64,000 bases of DNA from Spirochaetota bacterium (GTDB taxonomy: Bacteria > Spirochaetota > UBA4802 > JAFGDQ01): NCBI GenBank assembly GCA_016932015.1, contig JAFGDQ010000019.1, forward strand, positions 11,214-75,213. Direction: 5' to 3'. The notes beneath the pieces are model-generated. The model was not told where the DNA came from, made no database searches, and saw only the letters and a program-made list of their open reading frames with translations. The translations under genes and the position numbers were made by a program. Below are positions 32,290-41,543 of the stretch, in pieces (the first letter of the stretch is position 1; each line of letters starts with the position of its first letter).

Positions 32290-35200
32290 AGAGTAAATTC
32301 CTTTGTTTCAGATAGTTTACGACGATACTATGACAGGCGGGATTGATTCTGTATCTTCCGTTTTCATCTCTGTACAGAAAGTCGCGTTCAATGCCTATTT
32401 TCAGCGCATATTTTACTATTCCCCTGGGAAAGTCTGTTGTATTTACCAGCTCGGAGCTTGTTATGTTTTCATGTTTTATGATTGACGCATAAATAAAGAA
32501 AGCATCGTTCTGAATATTTTTGAATATATCTGTTTCCGGATCATGCGGGAGTCCCACAACCAGAATATTATTTTTAGGGATAAGGCATGTCAGCCACATA
32601 TAAATAGCAGCTCTTGGATTTCCTTCTGACTGTTCCCATAAAAGTCTGAAAAATCGCTTTTCAATATTGTCCGATGATTCCAGTTCGGAAGACCTTAAAG
32701 TGGCTGAAATAACATTGTCATATCTCAATTTTACATCAGCTGTTACATTTCGTGAATTTATAAGTTTCCTTATGTCTTCCTCATTCCACGGACACATCTC
32801 AATTACATTGCGGAAATATCTGTTCTGGAAAAATACGCCTTCAAGAAAAATCCAGGAGTGAATATTAAAGGAAGCACATATAAACAGATTGTTAAGCCTG
32901 AGGTTAATCAGTTTCACAAGGGTTTTATAACCTGCGAAGCCGCCTACTTCTGAAATAAAAAAGTTATGCGCGTCGTCCAGAAATAATATTGTTCTTGCTG
33001 CATGATTATCCCATTCAATAAGCGACTCAATGTTATTGTTCAGGTTTGTATCAAGCAATTCTTCAAAAAACCGCACTATACCTTCTCCGGTTGTAATTTT
33101 GGGAGGTACAGTCTTTTTTATTATTACTGTCTCCGGATATTCAGAGGATATTTTTACTGAAAGCTGTTCAAAGAGGGATGACTTTCCAATTCCTTTTTCA
33201 CCGTATACCGCGAGACTTATCTCCTCGGTGTTATAATTTATCCATTCTTTAATAATAGTGTAGGCGGTGTTAAAGTCATCAGTATGCGGGTAAATCCATA
33301 TTTCCCTGTTTTTAGGGACACCAAGTGAAAAAAGATTCCTGTACTCCTCAGGTAAGGTGTCAATATCGGTTACCTGGATTTCGGCACCGGCGGCTTCCAT
33401 TTGCCTTCTTAAAATACGTGCGATTGTTTTTTTTGCGAGTTCAAGTTCAAATAAATGTTTTTTTAAGTAGGTAATAATTCTTGTAATTGCAAGGAATATC
33501 AGCAGCGGTAAAATTGTGATTATGGCTGCAGGGCCTTTTGATATTTTTACAATCTTCTGCACAGACGCTAATTTAAAACTGTTTTCGAATGATGTCAGAA
33601 TTTCATTTTTCCACATAATTGCTGTTAAAAGCAGTATCAGAAATGCAGTATAATAAAAAATTTCCCCGGCAATATAATATATATACGCTTTTCCTGCTGA
33701 TCCCTCAACAGCATATAGAACAAGAACTGCGATCAGGAAAAAAAGCCCGATAATTTTACCTGTTTTTTTAATTTTGTTATCATATTTTGATAATGAATAT
33801 ATACTGCTTCTGATGATAATTTTTTTGAATGATCTGTCAAACAGAGTCATTAGAATACGGTATATTATCAGTATCCTGAAATACGGGATTATTTCGGTTA
33901 ACTCATGAATATAGGTATTCTGTATAAAAGAATCAATTATTGTTATGGAGAAATAAATAATTATATACGGCAGGTACGGATTTATATGCGTTAAAAGCTG
34001 TGAAAATTTGATTTTTAATCCGGAAAGTTTTTTAGCATAGATAAGATTGCGCCTGAAATTTTCTATTTGTTTAAGCAGTCTTTTTATCGAGTAGAATAAA
34101 AAGAACGGCACACATATGATTAGAAGAATTAAAAACAGTGATTTTGCAAGATTGAAAAAGCCCGGAAGGCCGGAAGTGAATCCAATCTTGATGTTCTCCC
34201 AGCGGTTAATAAAGAATATGAGTGCACGGTATGGTATTATTTTTATTTCTCTTAAAATATCGGAAAAGAATTGATTATTATATTTTAATATTTCAGAATT
34301 TAATGATCCTTTGTTTTTTGCCTCCATTAATAATAAAAAATATTTTGAACGGATATTGCCTGCATCTTTGATCAGATTGTAATGATATTGTATATACTGC
34401 AGCTGTTTGTCTTTAATGTTAAAGTTTGCAATTTGATTAAGCCTGAGAATTTTTTCGTACAATTCAGCGTACTTTTTTCCCTGGTCCGGTGCTGCGGTCT
34501 CTGCGTCCGGAGAAATTCTGTCCGGGATTGTTATGCCGTCCTTATAGCTGATTCCTGTTGATATGTTTTCTGCCCTGATGCCGAGATCAACAATTTCCCT
34601 CCATAGCGAAATTACCTTTGAGTATTCTTTTTGAACTGCATCGTATGATCCGAAAGTGCTAAGCAGGAGCAGGGAATTGTTGAGTTTATCATTTAAGTTT
34701 TTGAAGTGCAGATATTTTTTTTCATAATGCTGCGCAATATCAATAATTCTGAATGAGAGCCTGATTCTTGTCTTTTCAAGCGCAATTATCCGGTCGTTCA
34801 GAACCCTGACGGACCGGTGAGCGGCAGGCTGCCTGGCGGTAATGCTTTTTATGGATTCTACCGCGTCGTACTGATCAGTTAAAGCATCTTTCTGTTCCTT
34901 TCTTAACTGATCAATTATTGTGTCCGATTTTGATATCTGATTGGTAAAATTAATAAGGACTTTTCTCTGTTCAGGCGAAAGGGTAAGTAAATGGCTTTCC
35001 AGTTTTAATATATCGTGATGAAGTGATTGCAGTTTATTGAACAGAGAATCGAAATCTGATTTTCTGTCCGCACATTGAGGGTATTCTTTTTTAAAAACAA
35101 GATCCGGATTATTTTGTATTGCTTCAAAATAATTCTCTACAGCTTTTTCATTATCTATATCAAAACTGAAATATTTACCTGTGTCAAATTTCCCTGTAAA

Positions 35201-35386
35201 AGTTCCGTGAAGTAGGCTGTCGAGCTCCTGTTTTTTTATTTCATACTCTTCAATTCTTGTCCTGAGAAGGTCCTCAATGATTTTTTTATCACATAATTCA
35301 TCCGGTTCTGCTGAAAGGACGGAATTCAGCGGCATAAAAATGAATAGTATAGAAATTATAATTTTTACTGCTTTTAGCGGTTTCAT
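32279..35386 (-). CDS. large membrane protein: signal peptide + periplasmic coiled-coil domain + ~6 TM helices + cytoplasmic P-loop NTPase domain
   Basis: 1035 aa. Walker A (GEKGIGKSSL) and Walker B (ILFLDDAH) lie in the C-terminal third. The N-terminal two-thirds are architecturally like the periplasmic/TM region of MscK-type channels, but no MscS core is present. 11-nt overlap with the downstream MscS gene. Confidence 0.55.
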   Translation of the reverse strand: MKPLKAVKIIISILFIFMPLNSVLSAEPDELCDKKIIEDLLRTRIEEYEIKKQELDSLLHGTFTGKFDTGKYFSFDIDNEKAVENYFEAIQNNPDLVFKKEYPQCADRKSDFDSLFNKLQSLHHDILKLESHLLTLSPEQRKVLINFTNQISKSDTIIDQLRKEQKDALTDQYDAVESIKSITARQPAAHRSVRVLNDRIIALEKTRIRLSFRIIDIAQHYEKKYLHFKNLNDKLNNSLLLLSTFGSYDAVQKEYSKVISLWREIVDLGIRAENISTGISYKDGITIPDRISPDAETAAPDQGKKYAELYEKILRLNQIANFNIKDKQLQYIQYHYNLIKDAGNIRSKYFLLLMEAKNKGSLNSEILKYNNQFFSDILREIKIIPYRALIFFINRWENIKIGFTSGLPGFFNLAKSLFLILLIICVPFFLFYSIKRLLKQIENFRRNLIYAKKLSGLKIKFSQLLTHINPYLPYIIIYFSITIIDSFIQNTYIHELTEIIPYFRILIIYRILMTLFDRSFKKIIIRSSIYSLSKYDNKIKKTGKIIGLFFLIAVLVLYAVEGSAGKAYIYYIAGEIFYYTAFLILLLTAIMWKNEILTSFENSFKLASVQKIVKISKGPAAIITILPLLIFLAITRIITYLKKHLFELELAKKTIARILRRQMEAAGAEIQVTDIDTLPEEYRNLFSLGVPKNREIWIYPHTDDFNTAYTIIKEWINYNTEEISLAVYGEKGIGKSSLFEQLSVKISSEYPETVIIKKTVPPKITTGEGIVRFFEELLDTNLNNNIESLIEWDNHAARTILFLDDAHNFFISEVGGFAGYKTLVKLINLRLNNLFICASFNIHSWIFLEGVFFQNRYFRNVIEMCPWNEEDIRKLINSRNVTADVKLRYDNVISATLRSSELESSDNIEKRFFRLLWEQSEGNPRAAIYMWLTCLIPKNNILVVGLPHDPETDIFKNIQNDAFFIYASIIKHENITSSELVNTTDFPRGIVKYALKIGIERDFLYRDENGRYRINPACHSIVVNYLKQRNLLYVN

Positions 35387-35510
35387 TTAATTTTTATATT
35401 ACGTAAATGGTAAAATAATCACTATATAATTTAACCGTAATATTATAAATATCAATCTATTTTTTTATGAGAGTCTTCTGAATTCTATTTTAAGGGGAAG
35501 GATGTGAATC

Positions 35511-35546
35511 ATGAAAATTCCGAAAAATCCTGCCAGCTGCTTATAA
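35511..35546 (+). other. candidate leader micro-ORF (MKIPKNPASCL) upstream of membrane-protein gene
   Basis: Good RBS (AAGGGGAAGGA, 8 nt) before the ATG. The ORF overlaps the left arm of an alternative hairpin system that ends in an intrinsic terminator. Confidence 0.25.
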
Positions 35547-35558
35547 GAAAGGCAGGCC

Positions 35559-35583
35559 AGGAGCCCGTCCATACTCCTTTTTT
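35559..35583 (+). terminator. intrinsic terminator in the leader of the 35703 gene (candidate attenuator)
   Basis: AGGAG/CTCCT stem, 10-nt loop, then TTTTTT. The preceding CCTGCC (35529-35534) can pair with either GGCAGG (35551-35556) or CCAGGA (35557-35562). The second pairing overlaps the terminator's left arm. Confidence 0.4.
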
Positions 35584-35702
35584 AAGTATCTTTAATATTT
35601 TATTAGACTAAAAAGGAAAGCACTTAAAATTGCGCTTGATCAAATAGAATTCTTAAAGGAAACAGACATAAATAACGATTTTAATTCCGGAGTTAACAAA
35701 TA

Positions 35703-37010
35703 ATGGCAGTAATTGATTTTATTTTCAGCATACCTTTTATTCTCAGGGTGGTACTTACACTTTTCTTTATACTTGTGATAAACAGGCTCACGAAAAATCT
35801 GCTGATATCCATTGGAGCCGGGACTATAATAATAGCTTTATGGTCTGGACGCTCATTTGCGGACATTTGGTCTATAGCTTTTAACAGGCTTATTTCAGGC
35901 AATATTCTGTTTCTTGTAGTGATTTTATTTGAGGTTATATGGCTGAGTACACTTATGTCAAAAAACGGGATTATAAGTGACCTCGTAACAAGCGTCAGGG
36001 GCATGTCCTCAAACAAAGCCGCAATGGCTCTTCTGCCTGCGTTCATCGGGCTTCTGCCCATGCCCGGCGGTGCGATTTTTTCAGCGCCTCTTGTTGATAG
36101 CGTAGACGAGGACAAGGTGCTTGATCCTCTGCATAAAGTACAGATTAATTACTGGTTCAGACATATCTGGGAATTCTGGTGGCCGCTGTATCCTGCTGTC
36201 CTCCTGGCTCTTGATATTACCGGGCTTCCGATAACCAGATTTATGCTTTATCAGGCCCCGTTATGGCTGTTTATGATGCTGACCGGATATATTTTTCTTT
36301 TAAGAAAAGTAAATATCCGGGAAAAGTCCTCTACAGAATCCGCTTATAGCAAAAAGAAATTTTTGCTGTCGATTCTGCCGGTAATCATAATAATATTCAC
36401 GTATGCAGTCTGCCGGATATTTTTTCCGTTTCTGATTGAATTCAATAAATATATTCCTATGTGCATCGGAGTATTTGTTGCTGTTATTTTTGCCCAGATT
36501 TATAAGCCTCAGGGCTCTGAGGTTTGGCGTAAAATAGTGCTGAATAAAACAACATTTAATCTGGTTGTAATTGTAGTGCTGATTATGATTTACGGATCAT
36601 TTATCGATTCTCCGCTGTCCGACGGCACATACATAATGTCACATATGAGAGTGGAGCTGGGCCGCTGGGGTATTCCTTTGTTCATAATAATAATGATACT
36701 TCCGTTTATAAGCGGAATGGTTACAGGTATTGCAGTCGGTTTCGTTGGTGCAAGCTTCCCGATCATTATGAGTCTTCTAGGACCTAATCCGGAAGTATGG
36801 CAGATCGCGACATCAATGGTTCTCGGATACGGTTTCGGATATCTCGGCATGATACTTTCTCCTGTGCATATATGCCTGATCGTAACCAACAGGCATTTCA
36901 ATACTGAAGTCGAGAAAAGCATAACCAGGCTGATTAGGCCGGTTGCCTTTATGATGGTTTGTGTTCTGCTCGTTTATTTTGCAATGCGCATGCTGCATGG
37001 CGGTGTCTGA
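35703..37010 (+). CDS. polytopic inner-membrane protein (~12 TM), putative permease
   Basis: Hydrophobicity pattern throughout. No soluble domains. Confidence 0.5.
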   Translation: MAVIDFIFSIPFILRVVLTLFFILVINRLTKNLLISIGAGTIIIALWSGRSFADIWSIAFNRLISGNILFLVVILFEVIWLSTLMSKNGIISDLVTSVRGMSSNKAAMALLPAFIGLLPMPGGAIFSAPLVDSVDEDKVLDPLHKVQINYWFRHIWEFWWPLYPAVLLALDITGLPITRFMLYQAPLWLFMMLTGYIFLLRKVNIREKSSTESAYSKKKFLLSILPVIIIIFTYAVCRIFFPFLIEFNKYIPMCIGVFVAVIFAQIYKPQGSEVWRKIVLNKTTFNLVVIVVLIMIYGSFIDSPLSDGTYIMSHMRVELGRWGIPLFIIIMILPFISGMVTGIAVGFVGASFPIIMSLLGPNPEVWQIATSMVLGYGFGYLGMILSPVHICLIVTNRHFNTEVEKSITRLIRPVAFMMVCVLLVYFAMRMLHGGV

Positions 37011-37197
37011 TTTAGTTTGAATTTCTTTTTTGAGATAACTTCTTATGATACTGATGTTTAGGATTTTCCCTGAATTTCAGTATCTTCGTATAATATATAC
37101 ATGTGCTTCTTCCATATTGGCTGCGCGTATTAGTCCGTTATAATTCCTGACATATAGAGGAAAAAGATTTGAAGAATATTCCAAGAAGAAGATCCTG

Positions 37198-37434
37198 ATG
37201 ATTCTCGTAGATACTTCGGTATGGATTGATCATTTAAGGAAAAAAGATCAAAAATTATTTGAGCTGCTGCATAACGGAGAGGTTTGTACTCATCCATTGG
37301 TAACTGGTGAAATTGCCCGCGGTAATTTAAAGAACAGGACTGAGATTATTGAATTATTAAAAGCATTACCGGAGTTACAGACTGCGATGGATGATGAGAT
37401 TCTTCATTTTATTGTTATTGCGGATGGAATTTGA
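37198..37434 (+). pseudogene. truncated VapC-type PIN-domain toxin, orphan (no antitoxin ORF seen)
   Basis: MILVDTSVWIDHLR...HPLVTGEIARGNL matches the first half of a VapC PIN domain (first acidic residue plus the GE motif). It ends at 78 aa, before the third and fourth acidic catalytic residues. Confidence 0.5.
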
Positions 37435-37692
37435 AAAAATAACACTGAAATCTGATGAATTAAAAGATGAAACACATTCGCATAAAATTAATTCGGGATA
37501 TCAATAATACCGGCTGGAAAGTGAAAAAATTATAATGAAATGCCGCCAGTTATAAAGTTATTAAACATTGGTTCATAAAAAATAAATGGTTGCCAAATAT
37601 AAAATGCTTCCTGAATATATTTTAATTTATATTTTTAATTTTTATTATATAAAAGTATATAATTATCCCTTTATTACCAGGAGGAATTACCA

Positions 37693-38409
37693 TTGAGATT
37701 TAAACGAATACTACTAACTTTTTTCGTTGGAGCAATTATTGTAAGCTGCGGCTCTCCAAAATCGGAACTGGACAAATCATGCATGGCAAATAAGGAGATT
37801 AAAAATTTTCTGCTGAATGCGGATGAAAAGACGGGCTCATCCGGGCAGATTATTATAATTACCAGCTCAAGCGATAATCCGGAATACGTGAATTTATATA
37901 CTGTAGAAAAGAATAACGGAACATGGCATGAGAAATTTGGAAAGATAAAGGCGACAATAGGTAAAAACGGATTTGCGGACAAAGGAATGAAGAAAGAAGG
38001 CGACGGCAAAACTCCGTCAGGAGTTTTTAAGCTTGGAACAGCTTTCGGATATAGTGAGAAAATCAATACAAAACTTCCTTACAGGCAGTCTACGGAAAAT
38101 GATTTCTGGATTGATGATGTAAACTCGGATAAATATAATACATGGGTAAGCGGAAAGCCTGAAGCAAAATCTTTTGAAAGAATGAAAAGAAAAGATCATT
38201 TATATAAATACGGTATTGTCGTTGAGTACAATACTGATCCTGTGGTGAAAGGAAAGGGAAGCGCAATCTTTCTGCATGTATGGAGAGCCCCCGGTAAAAA
38301 AACTGCAGGATGCGCTGCAATGGATGAAAACGATATTTTGAAAATTCTGGAGTGGCTCGATCCTGAAAAAGAACCATTGGTCATGATGGGGAATTCATTG
38401 AAAGTATAA
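37693..38409 (+). CDS. L,D-transpeptidase (YkuD fold) lipoprotein
   Basis: Lipobox (IVSC). Catalytic motif ...GSAIFLHVW....TAGCAAM (His...Cys). Confidence 0.8.
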   Translation: MRFKRILLTFFVGAIIVSCGSPKSELDKSCMANKEIKNFLLNADEKTGSSGQIIIITSSSDNPEYVNLYTVEKNNGTWHEKFGKIKATIGKNGFADKGMKKEGDGKTPSGVFKLGTAFGYSEKINTKLPYRQSTENDFWIDDVNSDKYNTWVSGKPEAKSFERMKRKDHLYKYGIVVEYNTDPVVKGKGSAIFLHVWRAPGKKTAGCAAMDENDILKILEWLDPEKEPLVMMGNSLKV

Positions 38410-38498
38410 TTATCATTTTTTTTCATCTGCACACAATAGATGTAATTATTAACAAAATTATCTTACTATTAAGGTAGAATAACCAGACAAGGAGCTAT

Positions 38499-39827
38499 GT
38501 GATGAAACATATCACAATTATTTTTGCTTTTTTACTTTTTTTAACTTCAGGGATAAGCAGTTTATCCGCAGCTGATAAAACAGTTAAACTGGTTGCCCAG
38601 GGCGAGAAGTTTCCCGAGGTTGAGCTGATTGTCAATGTAAGGGACAAGGCATCAGGTACAGGTGTATACGGCTTGGCCAAATCCGGTTTTCAGATTCTGG
38701 AAGGCGGCAGTAAACAGGAGATAACCTCCTTTGTCCCGAAAGGCGAAGGCAAGGTTGACGCTATAGACATTGTTTTTGTTTTTGATGAAACAGGAAGCAT
38801 GCAGGATGAGATCAATGCTGTCCGTGATAATTCAATGCTGTTCGCTGATATCCTTAAAGCGTCTAATATGGATTACAGGGTTGCACTTGTAACCTTCAGT
38901 GACAAGGTTGAGAAGGTAAAGGATTTTACAAAAAATATTGATGAGTTCAAATCATGGCTTTCCGCAATAAGGGCATACGGCGGAGGGGATGATCCTGAAA
39001 ATGATCTTGATGCAATTGCAAGAGCAATGGAATTGAAATTCAGAAGCGGCGCGAAAGTTGTGTTTATATTAATTACAGACGCTCCTTATCATCAGGGTGA
39101 TTCCGTAACAAAGAGATATATGCTTCCTCTTGCAAAGAAACTTAAACTCGAAGATATTAAAGTTTATCCGATTGCCATAAAGCTTGATCAGTATATCTGG
39201 ATGGCGAGGGAAACAGGCGGACAGTATTTTGATATTCTCGGGGATTTCTCGTCAATGATCGAGGAGATCGCTACTGTACTTACAGCGCAGTATACAATAA
39301 AGTACGTACCTTCAAATTCCTCTTTTGATAATACATGGCGCAGTGTTGAAGTAAAGATTGACGGAATCGGATCTGCAAAAAATAAATATAAGTCAGCTTC
39401 AAATATTGTTGCCTCTTCACAGCTGATTGAAAAGTACAGGCCTTCAGACGCATATAAACCGGCCAATATCGCGGACGGGAACAAGCTAACAGCATGGAGC
39501 GAAGGAGAGAGCGGAAATGGTATTGGCGAATGGATCCGGTTCGGTTTTGATACGCCCAAAAATTTAAAGGCGATTAAAATCATCGCGGGTTATACGAAGA
39601 CTGATAGGATTTATAAGGCAAATAACCGCGTTAAAAAACTGAAGATAATTTTTTCCAACGGCAAATCGCAGACTGCTGAGTTAAAGGATGTACAGGATTT
39701 TCAGCGTATACTTATTGACAGAGACACTCCTACAAAATTTGTAAAGCTTGAAATTATGGATGTTTACCGCGGAGCGAAGTACAAAGATACATGTATCTCA
39801 GAAGTCGAGTTTGAATATAAGGACTAA
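38499..39827 (+). CDS. secreted von Willebrand factor A protein with C-terminal discoidin/F5-8-type-C-like domain
   Basis: Signal peptide. MIDAS motif DETGSM...(T)...D in the vWA core. C-terminal ...NIADGNKLTAWSEG....GEWIRFGF... jelly-roll pattern. Confidence 0.7.
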   Translation: MMKHITIIFAFLLFLTSGISSLSAADKTVKLVAQGEKFPEVELIVNVRDKASGTGVYGLAKSGFQILEGGSKQEITSFVPKGEGKVDAIDIVFVFDETGSMQDEINAVRDNSMLFADILKASNMDYRVALVTFSDKVEKVKDFTKNIDEFKSWLSAIRAYGGGDDPENDLDAIARAMELKFRSGAKVVFILITDAPYHQGDSVTKRYMLPLAKKLKLEDIKVYPIAIKLDQYIWMARETGGQYFDILGDFSSMIEEIATVLTAQYTIKYVPSNSSFDNTWRSVEVKIDGIGSAKNKYKSASNIVASSQLIEKYRPSDAYKPANIADGNKLTAWSEGESGNGIGEWIRFGFDTPKNLKAIKIIAGYTKTDRIYKANNRVKKLKIIFSNGKSQTAELKDVQDFQRILIDRDTPTKFVKLEIMDVYRGAKYKDTCISEVEFEYKD

Positions 39828-39842
39828 GCAGGCTGCAATTAG

Positions 39843-40526
39843 ATGAAGATAAATTATTTTAAATTATTAATTCTAAGCGCTGCAGTTTTTTCTTTTTCAG
39901 TAGTTCTTTCAGCTGATGAAAAACCGGTTATTGAAAAGGAATTACTTGAGAAAGGGCTTGTGGATATTCAGTCAATTGATGCATCCATCAAAGTTGATCT
40001 GAAGTATTCATCTAAAGATAATTTTCTGGGAGAGGACGCATACGGGGATATGGCTAACTGCTATCTTGTCAAAGAGGTCGCAATAAAACTCGCTGATGCG
40101 CAGAAAATACTCGGGAAAATTCATCCGGGATACAGCCTTATTGTCTATGACGGGGTTCGCCCCCGCCGTATACAGTACAGGATGTGGGAGATTGTAAAGG
40201 GAACGGACAAGCAGAAGTATGTGGCTGATCCGAAGTCCGGTTCAATTCATAATTACGGCTGTGCTGTTGATCTTTCCATTCTAGATGAGAACGGAAAGGT
40301 GCTGGATATGGGCACGGAATTTGACTATTTCGGAGACCTGGCTCAGCCCCGTTATGAAGTCAAATTTCTGAAAGAAGGAAAACTGACTCAGAAGCAGGTC
40401 GATAACAGAAAACTGCTGCGCAAGGTAATGGAGCAGGCAGGTTTCGGATGGATACTGAGTGAATGGTGGCATTTTAACGGGTACCAGAAAAAGTATGTCA
40501 AAGAGCATTACAGGATTATTGAATAA
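39843..40526 (+). CDS. secreted M15-family D-Ala-D-Ala dipeptidase (VanX-like)
   Basis: Signal peptide. Zinc-binding/catalytic pattern (SIHNYGCAVDLS, EWWHF). Confidence 0.75.
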   Translation: MKINYFKLLILSAAVFSFSVVLSADEKPVIEKELLEKGLVDIQSIDASIKVDLKYSSKDNFLGEDAYGDMANCYLVKEVAIKLADAQKILGKIHPGYSLIVYDGVRPRRIQYRMWEIVKGTDKQKYVADPKSGSIHNYGCAVDLSILDENGKVLDMGTEFDYFGDLAQPRYEVKFLKEGKLTQKQVDNRKLLRKVMEQAGFGWILSEWWHFNGYQKKYVKEHYRIIE

Positions 40527-41533
40527 TGAAGAAGGTTATATTTATCAGTCTGATTGCTTTTATTGTTTTTCTTAAAGTTCCCGCTTTCAGTCAGGATATA
40601 GAGACTAATCATGAACAGGATTCGCAAACTCGATCTGAAACGGAAAGATCTTTCAGATTCAGTGTAGAGGCCGGCCTGGAAGCTAATTACGGTTACACAT
40701 TATACCAGATAGGCGGGTTGATCAAAGAACCTGACGGGTCGGAATACAGGGTATGGTTCCCGCTTAGCGAGCTGAAATTTCCTCTGGATGTGTTTATGCT
40801 TTCTCTTGATTTAAACGGGGAATTCTTCACTAAGTATTTTCTGCATGCAAATGTAAAAACAAATATTACAAATCACGCAGGAAAAATGGAGGATTCCGAC
40901 TGGGGAGTTCTTTCAGGAGATCCTGACTCACTTGAAATATATTCGGAAAGCGATGCCAGACTTGAAGCATTAATTCTTGATACTGACTTTCAGGTTAAAG
41001 TTTTCAGCAGGTCAATAATTACATTACTCGCCGGAGCCGGATTTCTGTTTGAGAACTTTCAGTTTGATGTAAGTAATGTTAATCAGACTTCCGTTAATCC
41101 ATCGTATACCGGATATGCGGCAGGTAAGGTTCTGACTTATGAGATTGATTATTATATTCCGTATCTGAAAATTACTCCATGTTTTGAAATCACTGAGAAA
41201 ATAAAAATTATGCATAGCTTCGCAATCTCTCCCTATGTGATTGCAAAAGATGTTGATGATCATCTGCTGAGATATAAGGAGTCAAAAGGCGATGCACGGG
41301 GAATGGCTTTTATTACTTCCTTAAAGTCAGAGTTTAAATTAAGCTCGTCAGTTAATCTGAATATAACTTTAAATTATAAATACATCACTGCCGAAGGGAC
41401 TCAAAGTCAGTACCAGTACAGAGAGTATTATAACGGCGAAGAGACTGTACCGGTTGGTCCTATCGGGGAAATTGAAAATAAAATTAAAAGTTCCCGGTAT
41501 TCGGCTGAAGTAAAAGCAGGTGTTGTTTTTTAA
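40526..41533 (+). CDS. putative outer-membrane beta-barrel protein
   Basis: Signal peptide, alternating amphipathic beta-strand pattern, C-terminal ...KAGVVF ending in Phe. Start overlaps the upstream stop (TAATG). Confidence 0.45.
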   Translation: MKKVIFISLIAFIVFLKVPAFSQDIETNHEQDSQTRSETERSFRFSVEAGLEANYGYTLYQIGGLIKEPDGSEYRVWFPLSELKFPLDVFMLSLDLNGEFFTKYFLHANVKTNITNHAGKMEDSDWGVLSGDPDSLEIYSESDARLEALILDTDFQVKVFSRSIITLLAGAGFLFENFQFDVSNVNQTSVNPSYTGYAAGKVLTYEIDYYIPYLKITPCFEITEKIKIMHSFAISPYVIAKDVDDHLLRYKESKGDARGMAFITSLKSEFKLSSSVNLNITLNYKYITAEGTQSQYQYREYYNGEETVPVGPIGEIENKIKSSRYSAEVKAGVVF

Positions 41534-41543
41534 GCCGGAAAAA

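Noticed and set aside
32279-35386. Calling the 1035-aa protein an MscK/KefA potassium-dependent mechanosensitive channel
   Set aside because: No MscS pore or beta domain is present in this polypeptide. Its C-terminus is instead a P-loop NTPase, and the MscS core is in the separate downstream gene.
35693-36115. 140-aa minus-strand ORF
   Set aside because: It is fully antisense to the well-supported 435-aa membrane protein gene and has atypical composition. It is a spurious frame shadow.
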